Shown here piece by piece: positions 29,078 through 38,809 of a stretch of DNA of 64,000 nt. A model generated the notes under the pieces. It was given only the letters and a program-made list of their open reading frames with translations, was not told the origin of the DNA and did no database searches. Position 1 is the stretch's first letter. Each line of letters opens with the position of its first letter. The translations under genes were made by a program, and so were the position numbers. Source of the DNA: an uncultured Ruficoccus sp. (GTDB lineage Bacteria > Verrucomicrobiota > Verrucomicrobiia > Opitutales > Cerasicoccaceae); NCBI GenBank assembly GCA_965140785.1, contig OZ223496.1:128001-192000 (forward strand). The letters are read 5' to 3'.

Positions 29078-29251
29078 GAGAGACTCAGGGGTTGGCAGTC
29101 GGTTCGGAGGGTGAGGAAACGGAAAAGGGAACGCCGGCGAACATTCGGGCGGCTCGCGGCTCAGGTTCAAACCAAACCGGCGGCTGCCTTCTCAGGCGAA
29201 CGTGCGCTGTTTTGCTTCCCTGGGTTTCTGCCATCCGCTTACTGTCCTAAC

Positions 29252-29626
29252 CTAGCTCTCCCACTTGAGGCCGCCTTTTTTCATCTCGTAGGCGAAGCCG
29301 ACCGTCAAAATAAACAGGAAAAACAGGACCGGCAGCAGAATCGGTAGTTGGCCCACGATGAACTCGCGGTAAACCAGCACCCACGGGATGAGGAAGACGA
29401 CCTCGATATCGAAAAGGATGAACAGCATCGCCACGACGTAGAACTTCACCCCGAAGCGCGGGTGGAATTTGCCGGTGGACACCAGGCCGCATTCATAGGC
29501 GGCATCCTTGGTATAATTGCCCTTGGCCCGCTGGCCGAACATATGGCTGGCGATCAGAATGCCCGCTGCAATCGCAACGGCCAAAACAATCTGAATCAGG
29601 ACGGGAACGTAGGCTTCGACGCTCAT
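29252..29626 (-). CDS. nuoA: NADH-quinone oxidoreductase subunit A
   Basis: YECG, KFYVVAMLFILFDIE, YEMKKGGLKW. Confidence 0.95.
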   Translation of the reverse strand: MSVEAYVPVLIQIVLAVAIAAGILIASHMFGQRAKGNYTKDAAYECGLVSTGKFHPRFGVKFYVVAMLFILFDIEVVFLIPWVLVYREFIVGQLPILLPVLFFLFILTVGFAYEMKKGGLKWES

Positions 29627-29739
29627 GAGCGTTAATCCAAACCAAGCCGGCGCTTTTGGCAAGACGCTTTGTCATCAAAAGCAATCCCGCCCGCGACCTC
29701 GACGAATAAATCCGCATCCCCTCCGCGCGCCGAACTGCC

Positions 29740-29799
29740 TTATTCTTTTAAGAAGAACGCCAGCCAAATGGTCGGGCGCACTGTTTGTGTCCATCCAAT
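29740..29799 (-). pseudogene. Displaced or duplicated 3' end of the cupin gene
   Basis: Translates IGWTQTVRPTIWLAFFLKE*, homologous to the cupin VEFTPAGKPTVWLALFWK at about 30593-30646. Confidence 0.6.
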
Positions 29800-29842
29800 T
29801 GGAGTAGACACTGGCGCGCCCGCCCCTATATCCATATCGGGC

Positions 29843-30556
29843 ATGCCATCCTTTATCCTGCGCCGCTTTGTCTGCCTTTTTCCGTTAGCGCTTCTGATTT
29901 ACCTACTGACTGGCTGCGCCCCCTCCGCCACTCCGTCTCCAGCAAACGGTTCGCCCATGGCAGTGGACTCAGACCCGTCCGTCGAAGCTGAGGAGATTAC
30001 GCCCGCAAACATCGCCAAATGGTGCCAATGCGACATCGAACTCACGCCCACCGATGTCTCTGCAGAGATGATAAAATCAGGCCACCCCCCTGGCACCTGG
30101 GCCTACAACTACACGCGCAAAGGCACTCCCACTCCCCTCCTCACGATTATCATCTCTCCGTTAAGTGAGGAACTCCGTCTCATGATTATCTCGCTGTCCA
30201 TCGTTGATGGTATACGCCGCGAGTCCCGACAACCAGACCCGTTCTCCATCGCTCTGAGCTACGCCCTGAACAAATCAGTCCCGACTCCCAACGATTATTA
30301 CCCGCTGATTCGCTTTGAGGACAGTGGCTTTAAGGGATGGATGATGATGGTGGATGAAGTTGAAAGCGGGCTCTCTGGTTTGGTTTTCGGCGTATCGGAA
30401 CAGTACGATAAAGAGTTTCTGCTCCTGTTCCCACCTTCTGATGACGGGCAAGAATCCTTGTTTTCCCTCAGCCCCCTCGAGGAAAATGCCTTGTTGCAAC
30501 GCTTATTCAGGCAAGTGGCCGCTCAGATCGCCGCCGAGAGTTCCAACCAACCGTAG
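29843..30556 (+). CDS. Hypothetical lipoprotein, lower GC
   Basis: MPSFILRRFVCLFPLALLIYLLTG-C lipobox; no recognised domain. Confidence 0.7.
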   Translation: MPSFILRRFVCLFPLALLIYLLTGCAPSATPSPANGSPMAVDSDPSVEAEEITPANIAKWCQCDIELTPTDVSAEMIKSGHPPGTWAYNYTRKGTPTPLLTIIISPLSEELRLMIISLSIVDGIRRESRQPDPFSIALSYALNKSVPTPNDYYPLIRFEDSGFKGWMMMVDEVESGLSGLVFGVSEQYDKEFLLLFPPSDDGQESLFSLSPLEENALLQRLFRQVAAQIAAESSNQP

Positions 30557-30919
30557 GGACTCGCAACCGCTTCCCGCGTACCGTTCCTTCACTTTCCAGA
30601 AGAGTGCCAGCCAGACCGTGGGCTTGCCCGCCGGTGTAAACTCGACCCGGTGGCGGCGGTGGGCGCGAATGAGCAGGTGATCGCCAGGAGCGAGTTCGCG
30701 TACATCCGCCTCGTCCTCGAAGCGCAGCCCTGCCGCCCCCTCGACCAGCAGCACCCACTCGTGCTCCTCCTGGTCGTACCAAAAGTCCGGCGGTGAGGCT
30801 TGCCCCTGCGAGACGATCCGCTCCAGCCGAAAACTCCCCGCCCCGCGCAGCAGCACGTCCGTCACCTCGTCCGGGAGCGCCTCGGGCAGATCGCGGAAAA
30901 GATTCTCGCACCGATCCAT
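30503..30919 (-). CDS. Cupin domain protein
   Basis: RLERIVSQGQASPPDFWYDQEEHEWV, PGD...I.AH.RHRV. Confidence 0.9.
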   Translation of the reverse strand: MDRCENLFRDLPEALPDEVTDVLLRGAGSFRLERIVSQGQASPPDFWYDQEEHEWVLLVEGAAGLRFEDEADVRELAPGDHLLIRAHRRHRVEFTPAGKPTVWLALFWKVKERYAGSGCESLRLVGTLGGDLSGHLPE

Positions 30920-31001
30920 GCAGATGTGCTTATGCTCCCGCTTGCCCCCTTGACGATGGAAAAGCGGGGGTAAATGCCATTTACTGCTTTACACATCATA
31001 A

Positions 31002-31019
31002 CATCAAGATACGTTGATG
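31002..31019. promoter_or_regulatory. Palindromic operator, SahR-like, immediately before metF
   Basis: CATCAA-GATACG-TTGATG. Confidence 0.55.
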
Positions 31020-31024
31020 CGTCT

Positions 31025-31926
31025 ATGAATAAACCCGGTCGCGCCATTTCCGACATGCTTTCAGCGGGAGAGCCCGTCTTTTCCGTAGAATTTTATCCCC
31101 CCAAAACTGAGGAGGGGGCCCGCCAGATCCTGCGCTCCGGCAAGGCCCTGTCCGCGTTCGCACCCGACTTCGTCTCCATCACCTACGGGGCCGGGGGCTC
31201 CACCCGTGAGCGCACGCTGGAGTACGGCGAGCTGCTGCGCGACCTCTTCAATTTCGAGGTCATGCCGCACCTGACCTGCGTGGGCCACTCCCGCGACGAG
31301 TTGACCGGCATCCTGGAGCGCTTCCAGCAGGCGGGCTTCCGCAACATCATGACCCTGCGCGGCGACCCGCCCAAGGGCAAAACAGACTTCCAGCCGCACC
31401 CCGACGGCCTGCGCTACGCCTCGGAGCTGGTCGGCTTCATCCGCGAGCGTTTCCCTCACTTCTGCCTCGGCGTGGCCGGCTACCCCGAGAAGCATCCCGA
31501 GTCCCCCAGCCTGGAGGACGACCTCGGCCGCCTCTGCCATAAGGTCGCCCAGGGCGCGGACTTCATCACCACCCAGCTCTTTTTCGACAACGCCGACTAC
31601 TTTTTCCTTCGTGGATAAATGCCGTGCCCACGGCATCAAGCAGCCCATCATCCCCGGCATCCTCCCGGCCCTTTCGCTCGACCAGGTGAAGAAGTTCTGC
31701 GGCTTCTGCCAGGCCACCCTGCCCGACGAACTCGTCCGCCAACTCGAAGCCGTCGGCGGCGACGAGGGACGCCGAACGCCGCGTCGGCGTGGAGTGGGCG
31801 CACGCCCAGGTCAAACAACTCCTGGAGGCCGGTGCCCCCGGCGTGCACCTCTACATCCTCAACCGCTCCGCCTCCGCCATCGACCTGGTCCAGGCCCTGC
31901 ATAGCGACGGCATCCTGCGCCGCTAG
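31025..31926 (+). CDS. metF: 5,10-methylenetetrahydrofolate reductase, frameshifted near 31603 and again near 31765-31785
   Basis: SVEFYPPK, SITYGAGGS, HLTC, LRGDPP, GYPEKH, TQLFFD, HLYILNR. Confidence 0.93.
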
Positions 31927-31985
31927 GCAATATCGGTGCAATAACTGCCTGAAAGCCTTGAATAAGGAACACAGAGCCCTCTCCC

Positions 31986-32076
31986 ACCCCGAAGGAGTTG
32001 CACGGTTTAAGCCCCGGGTTGCCCAGCTACCCGGGGAGAAATCGGCTCTTTATTTCTTCAACCCTGAAGGGGTTGC
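31986..32076. repeat. REP-like hairpin cluster
   Basis: ACCCCGAAGGAGTTGC (31986) and ACCCTGAAGGGGTTGC (32061) direct repeats flank the stem CCCCGGGT/ACCCGGGG. Confidence 0.65.
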
Positions 32077-32193
32077 GCTCCGCGTCCCTTTTCGAGCCGA
32101 AAAGACCCCCGTCTATCTGCTCGCTTGTTTATCTGACCAGGCCCTAAAATCTGCGTGCACTCAGGAAAAAGGGTGCTTTAATAAGCTTTTGCC

Positions 32194-32845
32194 ATGAAAC
32201 GTTCGGCCATCAAGCGCGAAGTCGATTTGCAGATCCTGGGCGACTGGGTCCGCGAGGGCGCGCGCGTGCTCGACCTCGGCTGCGGGCGGGGTATCTTCCT
32301 CGAATACCTGCGCCAGACCAAGCACACCTGGGGCCTCGGCGTGGACAACCAGATGGACAAGGTCACCGGCTGCATCAAGCGCGGCGTCAGCGTGTACCAA
32401 GGCGACATCGAGCAGGCCATGCGGCAGTTTCCGGACGACTTTTTCGACTGGGTCCTGTGTTCGCGTACCTTGCAGGAGCTGAGCCGCCCGCAAGACATCA
32501 TTCGCGAGTCTTTACGCGTGGGCAAACGCTTCGCCGTCGGCTTCGTCAACCACGGCTACTGGCGCAACCCGCCTGCACCTGCTCTGGCACGGACGCCGCA
32601 TCATCAACGAGGTCTTCCCCGAAGGCTGGGGCGAAAGCCGTCGCCTCAATCCCATCGCGGTCGGCGACTTCGAGGACTTCTGCGCCCGCGAGGGGCTGGT
32701 CATTACCCGCCGGGCCTACCTGCGCGGCGACTGGCATACCCCCTGCAAGTTTTTCCCCGGCCTCTTCGCCGGCTACGTGCTCTACGAAATTACCAATGGC
32801 AACGGGACACCGGCGGCCCATAAAAGCACCGCTCCCACCCGCTAA
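32194..32845 (+). CDS. metW: Methionine biosynthesis protein MetW (SAM-methyltransferase fold), frameshifted near 32570
   Basis: RVLDLGCGRG, GVSVYQGDI, FPDDFFDWVLCSRTLQ, LRVGK...VGFVNHGYW. Confidence 0.85.
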
Positions 32846-32909
32846 CTTTCCCGCCACGGATGATGCCCTGGCGTTGGCGGCGGGCCCGTGTTCCTGGAGC
32901 GCTTTCGCC

Positions 32910-33443
32910 CTAAGCGACCGGCTGCGTATCGCCGTGCGCACGTGCACGCTCCTCCTGCTCGGCTTGGGCCATCAACTGCTGGGCCAGGGCAACCTGCACA
33001 AATTCCGTCAGCTTCTCGGAGGGAGCGTCCGCCCGGGCGCCCTTGGGCAGCTCGGCGAGATTGCGGATAATTTGCACCGGCGTGCCGATGAGTCCCCAGG
33101 GGAACCCCCACCACCCCACCACGAGGCAGCCCAGCGCGGAGGCCACTTTCTTCTTCACCCCGCAGCGGTTACAGCAGACCTCCGGTTTGCTGCTCCAGGA
33201 GGACATGAGAATAATTGACCAGATAAAATGCGACTGGTGGACGTCCACCGGCCCCGCCTTGCCGCATTTGGGACAATTCCCTTGATGAACCGTAATCACC
33301 TGCTCGGCCAGGACATCAGGCGGCACCTGGTCGGCCACACGAAGGATGTGAGCCGTGATCAGACAGCGATCATTACAGTAAGAGTGGGTACCATCGCTTT
33401 TACCCCCGATGATGAAGGAATTACAGTGCGCACAACGAGCCAT
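32910..33443 (-). CDS. Hypothetical Cys-rich membrane protein
   Basis: CAHC, CNDRC, CPKC, CCNRC and a GWWGFPWG membrane motif. Confidence 0.75.
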   Translation of the reverse strand: MARCAHCNSFIIGGKSDGTHSYCNDRCLITAHILRVADQVPPDVLAEQVITVHQGNCPKCGKAGPVDVHQSHFIWSIILMSSWSSKPEVCCNRCGVKKKVASALGCLVVGWWGFPWGLIGTPVQIIRNLAELPKGARADAPSEKLTEFVQVALAQQLMAQAEQEERARAHGDTQPVA

Positions 33444-33656
33444 GACGGGAAACAATAGAGAGTTGCTGGTAACAAGTTCAGGCCACGTTGTATCAACAAA
33501 CCTGATACTGCGCAACCACCAATTAATTATACTTTATTATCAATCCAGCGATCACCTCAGCGATCCAACGGCAGGGAACAATCCGCCCCCGCCGGTATAG
33601 CGGGATACACGGACGCCCTTGGCCGTGCCCTTCTGTTGTGCTTCGATCCTGATTAA

Positions 33657-35783
33657 CTACAGCGAAGAACGCTCCAGCCGCCAACACCCCTCATCCTCGC
33701 TGATGCGGGTGATCTGGCCCAGGTGGGATTCGGTCACGCTGAAAGCCGCGCCGTCCGCTTCCACCTTCAGCTTCCAGTGCCGGGCGGCTCCCGGAGCCTC
33801 GACCACCGCCGCGTAGCCCTCCTCCTGATGCAAATGCCAGCCAGCGACGCTTCCCGGATCATCCAGGCAGATGGCGTGCACGGCAGTGAAGCTCTCCCGC
33901 GCCTGCGACTCCTGCCAACGCGCCAGCAGTCCGCTACCGGGCTTGCCTTCGCCAAGGTGCGCAGGCAGCGGATGATAGGCGTCGTGCAGGTAGCCGTAGA
34001 GCGGCCCATTGAGTTGTCCCGAGCCAAGGTGAAAGAGCTTCATCCCGGCATGGCCACGGCGGGCGACCAGCCGATCCGGCGGCACGAGCTTGAGGTCAAG
34101 CCGCCCGTCCCGGTTATTGAGCAGCCACGACCAACTGGGCGTGACCGGTTCATCGGCGCGGATGCGGTCGATCACGAAAAGCACATGACTCCCGCCCAGC
34201 AGCCAGAAGCGCGAAAACTCCCGTAGCGGCTCCCCGTAGGCAGCCGATGCTTCGCTACCAATAACGGATATCTCCCCGCTGCGTTCGGCCAGCAGCCGAC
34301 GGGCTCCACGGTCCACCGGCTCGCCATTGCCGCCTTCGGTGTCCATCTTACGGCGCGGAGGCGTGTGCTGCTGCAGGAGCACCCCGGAGGAGGCCACGGT
34401 GAAGCAGCAGGTGTTGTGGGTCAGCGTCGAGATATCGATCCCGTGGATCAGGTTGCGGTAGCAGCTGTGGCCGGGATCGACGAGAAGACGTTCCTCATTA
34501 TGCGTAAGGATAAAGCTGTTCAGGTCCCCGTGAAGGTGCGCCACGGCGTGCAGCGGCTCACCGCCGCCCCGCACGGCCAGCACGGTGCGTCCGCCCCACT
34601 CGTCGCGGGCCAGTACATCCCCGCAACTGAAGTGCTCCAGCGGTCCCAACCCCGCCTCCTCCGGCGTAATCGCCCCGGCAGCCTGAGCCAGCAGGGGCAG
34701 CGTCAGAAAGCCAAAGTCATTGACGAAGCCGAAGCTCGCGAGGTCCTGCGGCTGGCGCTCGTAACAGGGCACATAAAACCGGTCAAAAAGCCAACGGGCC
34801 AGCCCGGCCTCGACCGGCAGCTTTTCCCGGCCCCGCACGGCGATGTGCAGCAAATTGTCCGCCGAGGCGCGGTAGAGGGCTGCGCTGTCATTAAAGTTCA
34901 CACTGCGCGGCCAGTCGCGGCCGTCCCAGCCGCTCAGAGGGCGCGAGTAGAGGTACGAGACCGCATCCCAGCGCGGCTTGCGCGCATAGGGCTCGATCGG
35001 CAGTTCCCCGTCAAGCTCGGGCCACCGCCGTACCAGTGCCTCGCGCGCATACACCAGCCCGGTCATCGCGTAGTTACCGTACTGGAGAGATTCACCATAC
35101 GAGCCGTCCGGTTGAAAAAGATCCACGCAACGCTTGAACTCCGCCACCGCGAACGCCATCGCATCCCCGTCGTCAAGCACCGCTGCCGGCACCGCCAGTC
35201 CGCCCGTCAGGATGCAGCGCCAGTTCGACAGGCCTCGGGTGGTCTCCAGCCAGTTGCGGCATAGCATCATGCCTTTTTCCCGGAGCGCTTGCACAATCTC
35301 GCCGCGCTCGCCGTCGGTGAAAACGCCCGGTGCCAAGTCCAGCACAACGGCCAGCGCCCAGCTCAGATGCGCCGTCTCCAAGTGCCCCTTCGGCGGGTTT
35401 ACCACATGATCCCGGAAGGGCGGACCGATCCAGTCTTTAAGCGGACGCCGGGCCACGGCCAGCGTTGTCTCCCGCAGCCAGCCGGCCAATTGCGCATCCG
35501 CCTTGAGCGCATGGGCCATGGCCGCGTCAGTCAGGTACTCCGAGGCGCAGTGCCACCACTCGCATGTGGTCTGCTCATCCCCCAAGCCAGGCGAGGAAGC
35601 CCGCCGCGAGGTGCGGTTAAGCAGCGTCCAGAAAAAGCCGTTGAGAGGGCTGGTCCGCTGACCGGTGGCCAACAGTTGCCGCTCGTTTTCGCTCAAAAAC
35701 AGAGGTTGCTCCGAAACGGGAGCGAGGGAAGGATGCCCGGCAGAAGCTGCCGGGGCGCTGGGGGTTAAAGCGGAGTCAGCCAT
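33657..35783 (-). CDS. Heparinase II/III family polysaccharide lyase-like protein
   Basis: SNW, DGSYGESLQYGNY, H.HGD.NSF, LVDPG, HN motifs. Confidence 0.85.
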   Translation of the reverse strand: MADSALTPSAPAASAGHPSLAPVSEQPLFLSENERQLLATGQRTSPLNGFFWTLLNRTSRRASSPGLGDEQTTCEWWHCASEYLTDAAMAHALKADAQLAGWLRETTLAVARRPLKDWIGPPFRDHVVNPPKGHLETAHLSWALAVVLDLAPGVFTDGERGEIVQALREKGMMLCRNWLETTRGLSNWRCILTGGLAVPAAVLDDGDAMAFAVAEFKRCVDLFQPDGSYGESLQYGNYAMTGLVYAREALVRRWPELDGELPIEPYARKPRWDAVSYLYSRPLSGWDGRDWPRSVNFNDSAALYRASADNLLHIAVRGREKLPVEAGLARWLFDRFYVPCYERQPQDLASFGFVNDFGFLTLPLLAQAAGAITPEEAGLGPLEHFSCGDVLARDEWGGRTVLAVRGGGEPLHAVAHLHGDLNSFILTHNEERLLVDPGHSCYRNLIHGIDISTLTHNTCCFTVASSGVLLQQHTPPRRKMDTEGGNGEPVDRGARRLLAERSGEISVIGSEASAAYGEPLREFSRFWLLGGSHVLFVIDRIRADEPVTPSWSWLLNNRDGRLDLKLVPPDRLVARRGHAGMKLFHLGSGQLNGPLYGYLHDAYHPLPAHLGEGKPGSGLLARWQESQARESFTAVHAICLDDPGSVAGWHLHQEEGYAAVVEAPGAARHWKLKVEADGAAFSVTESHLGQITRISEDEGCWRLERSSL

Positions 35784-35867
35784 AGGAAAATCGATTCCAC
35801 CGATTTAATCACAAAAGCGCCGCCCGCGTCTATAGCCCGGGATGACATCGCTTTAACTATATTGACA

Positions 35868-36928
35868 TTACCCCGTTGCGTAACCGGGCAATTGAGCGAT
35901 CTGTCGGCGACACGGCAACGAGGCCAGCGTGTCCAGAAAAAGCCCCACCCGTGGGTCGCTACGCAGGTCGCGCGGCAGCACAAGGTCGAAGTGCCCCTCC
36001 AGCAGCGGCACAAAGTCCAAGCCCGTAGGAACGCGCCACCGCCCGCAGGCCCAGCGCGGCGTCCACGACCCCGGCGTTCACCAGTTGCGCACCCGCCGCG
36101 TGGCTGTGCACCGTCAAGGGCAGCGCCGGAGGCAGTTCCGAGCCCTGATCCCTCAACAGCATCTCTATCATGCTGTGATGGGCCGAGCCGGGCTCCCGGT
36201 TGGCGAAACGCACATCCGCTCGCAAAAAGATCCTCAACGCGGCGGATGCTTTTCGGATTTCCAGCCGCCACCATGATCCCCTGCTCCCAGGAGGCGAACG
36301 GGATCAGGTCGTACTCGAAAGGTAGCCCAAAAGCCCGCACCCTCTCCGTGTTGAGCGAGCCGCTCTCGTCGGAGTAGTGCACCCCGGCCAGATGACACTG
36401 CCCGGCGGCCAGCCGCCGCAGCCCGTCCGTGCTGGAGACATTGCGCCACAGTGCACGCACCGCCCCCTGGCTCTCCCGTTCGGCCATACGCGCAGCGATG
36501 GCCAGCCCCGGGTCGCAACCGCAGATCACGACCGAATCCGGCAGCTTGCTCAGCGGCTGCATGGGCTGAATCTGGAGCACACCGTCCGCCTGCTCGACGA
36601 CACCGTCGGCCAAGTCGAAACTCCCCGCCGCGTCACATGGGATCGCGTACCACTGATCGCGCACGCGGGCCAGTTGGCAGCGCCCCTCCACCAACCCCGG
36701 CCAGGCCTGTACCGGCCACTCCTCCGGCAGCGGGAAAAGCTCCTCCACCGAACACGTCAAGGCCCGGGCCAGCCGCAGGGCAACCTCGATCCCCGGCTTG
36801 GACCGCCCGCTCTCCACCGCATGGATCAACTGCCGCGACAATCCCGCCTGCCGGGCCAGGTCCGACTGCGACCAGCCCAGCTCCTTGCGGAATCTTTGTA
36901 TAAAATTGCTGACCAAGAAAGTGTCCAC
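35868..36928 (-). CDS. XRE-HTH plus molybdate-binding-like PBP domain transcriptional regulator, frameshifted
   Basis: SQSDLARQAGLSRQ...ESG...P HTH, GCDPGL, HLAGVH, WEQGIMV..GNP, FANREPGS, terminal QIAQLPGY. Confidence 0.85.
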
Positions 36929-37334
36929 AACGGCGACGATGAGAGTTTTTTGGAGGATAAAAGTAATTGCCTGGCCAGAAGCAGAAAATGCCCCCACAGG
37001 CCTGACAAAAATATAATACATCCCAGTCCCAGCAGAAGCCAAGCCAAACCGCGTCCAGACGCTCCGCCCTCGTTCAGCCCATGCGGACACAAAGCCGCCG
37101 CGTGAGCGCCACCTCCCGACGCACAATGCGGTTCCCCGAGCAAAAAGCACACCTGTTTTCAGGGGAAATAAGAGCGCATCAATGCGCAGCCCCCAGGCGC
37201 AAACCTATCCTGCCACCCCAGGCAGCGCAGAGAACGGGGGCCTTCGCTACAAAAGTAGCGTGGTTGTGGGTCAGTGTGCTGGCCCCCGCTCCCTGCGCGG
37301 CCCGGAGCCGCGTAGTGGAATTTAACTACGAGTT

Positions 37335-38790
37335 CTAATTCATCGCCACGTCGGACTCACTGCCGTCGGGCTCTTCCAGCGGCTGCCAGCCGCCGCCGAG
37401 CACGGCGTAGAGCTTCACCTGATTGGTCAGGCGGGTCAGTTCCATCGAGACGAGTTCGAGCTGGGCGGCGTAAAGTTCACGCTCCGAGTCGAGCACGCTT
37501 CAGGTAGCTGTCGAGCCCGCGCACGTAGCGCAAATCGGAAAGACGGTTGACCTCCGACTCGGACTGCACAAACTCCCGCTGCGCCGTCAACTGCTGGAGG
37601 ATGGTCCCGCGCACCGCCAGGGTGTCCGCCACTTCGCGAAAGCTTTCCTGAATGACCTGCTCGTACTCGGCCACGGCGATTTCCTTGTCCGTCTCGCTGA
37701 CGCGGGCTGCCGCCCACGTGCGCGGGTCGAAGATCGGCATCGTGATCTGCGCCCCGTACATCCACATGCCCTGCCCCGACTTGAACAGCCCGGAGAGGTC
37801 GCTGCTGGCCGTCCCCGCCGCGGCGGTCAGCGAGATGCGCGGAAAGAATGCCGCCCGGGCCGCGCCGATGTTCGCGTTGGCCGCCATGAGCTTGTGTTCG
37901 GCCTCCATGATGTCCGGGCGGTTCAGCAGCACGAGCGAGGAGATGCCCGCCGAGATGGGAGCGGGCGGTTCCACCGATGCAAGATCGCCGGGCAGCAAAT
38001 CGTCCGGCACAGTCGTTCCCGCCAGCAGGTTGAGCGCGTTCGTATCGATCGCGATCAGTTGGATAAAGGTGACGAGCGAAACCTGCGCGGCATCCACCTG
38101 CGCCTGCGCCCGGTGCACATCGAGCGACGGGCTCAGCCCGCGGTCGAAGCGGCGCTTGACCAGGTCGAGCGCGTCCGCGCGGGTTTTCAGGGTGGTCTTG
38201 GCCAGCTCCAGCCGCGCCTGATCGGCGGCCAGGGTCAGGTAAGTGGTGGCCACCTGCGAGATCAACATCGTCTGCACGCTACGGCTGGCCTGAGCACTGG
38301 CAAAATACTCCTGCAAGGCCGCGTCGGACATGCTGCGGATGCGCCCGAACAGATCCAGCTCCCACGAGGCGAAGCCCATGTCCACGCTGTATTGAGAAGC
38401 TGTGGCAGGCGTCGCCGAGTAGGACAGGTCCCCCGGCGTGCGGGCACGCTGGGCGCTGGCCCCGGCGTTGACGGTTGGCAGCAGCCTGGAACGCTCGATA
38501 TTGTACATATCGCGCATACGCTGGACGTTCAGCGTAGCCACGCGCAGGTCGCGGTTGTTCTCCAGGGTCAAGGCGACGACGGCGCGCAACTTCTCGTCGG
38601 TATAGAAATCCTGCCAGGGCAAGTGACCGGCGGCGGGCGCATCGGACACGGCGTCGTCGAGCGTGTAGGCATCCCCTTCCGGAAAATCGACCGGGATGGG
38701 CGCGGGCGGACGCTCGTAGTCGGGAGCCATACTGCACCCGGCCAGAAGCGCGGAAGCGCAGGTCAGAAGAAAATAGACGTGCTTGTTCAT
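37335..38790 (-). CDS. RND outer-membrane factor (OprM/NodT lipoprotein), frameshift near 37500
   Basis: LLAG-C lipobox, P.Y.RP, NNRDLR, SWELDLFG, RPDI, ARAAFFP, LYAVLGGGW. Confidence 0.93.
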
Positions 38791-38809
38791 GGAACTGAGC
38801 GTTGCGGAC

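Noticed and set aside
36930..37330. Possible Moco riboswitch or small ORF upstream of the HTH-PBP regulator
   Set aside because: I could not identify the conserved riboswitch elements or a convincing coding frame.
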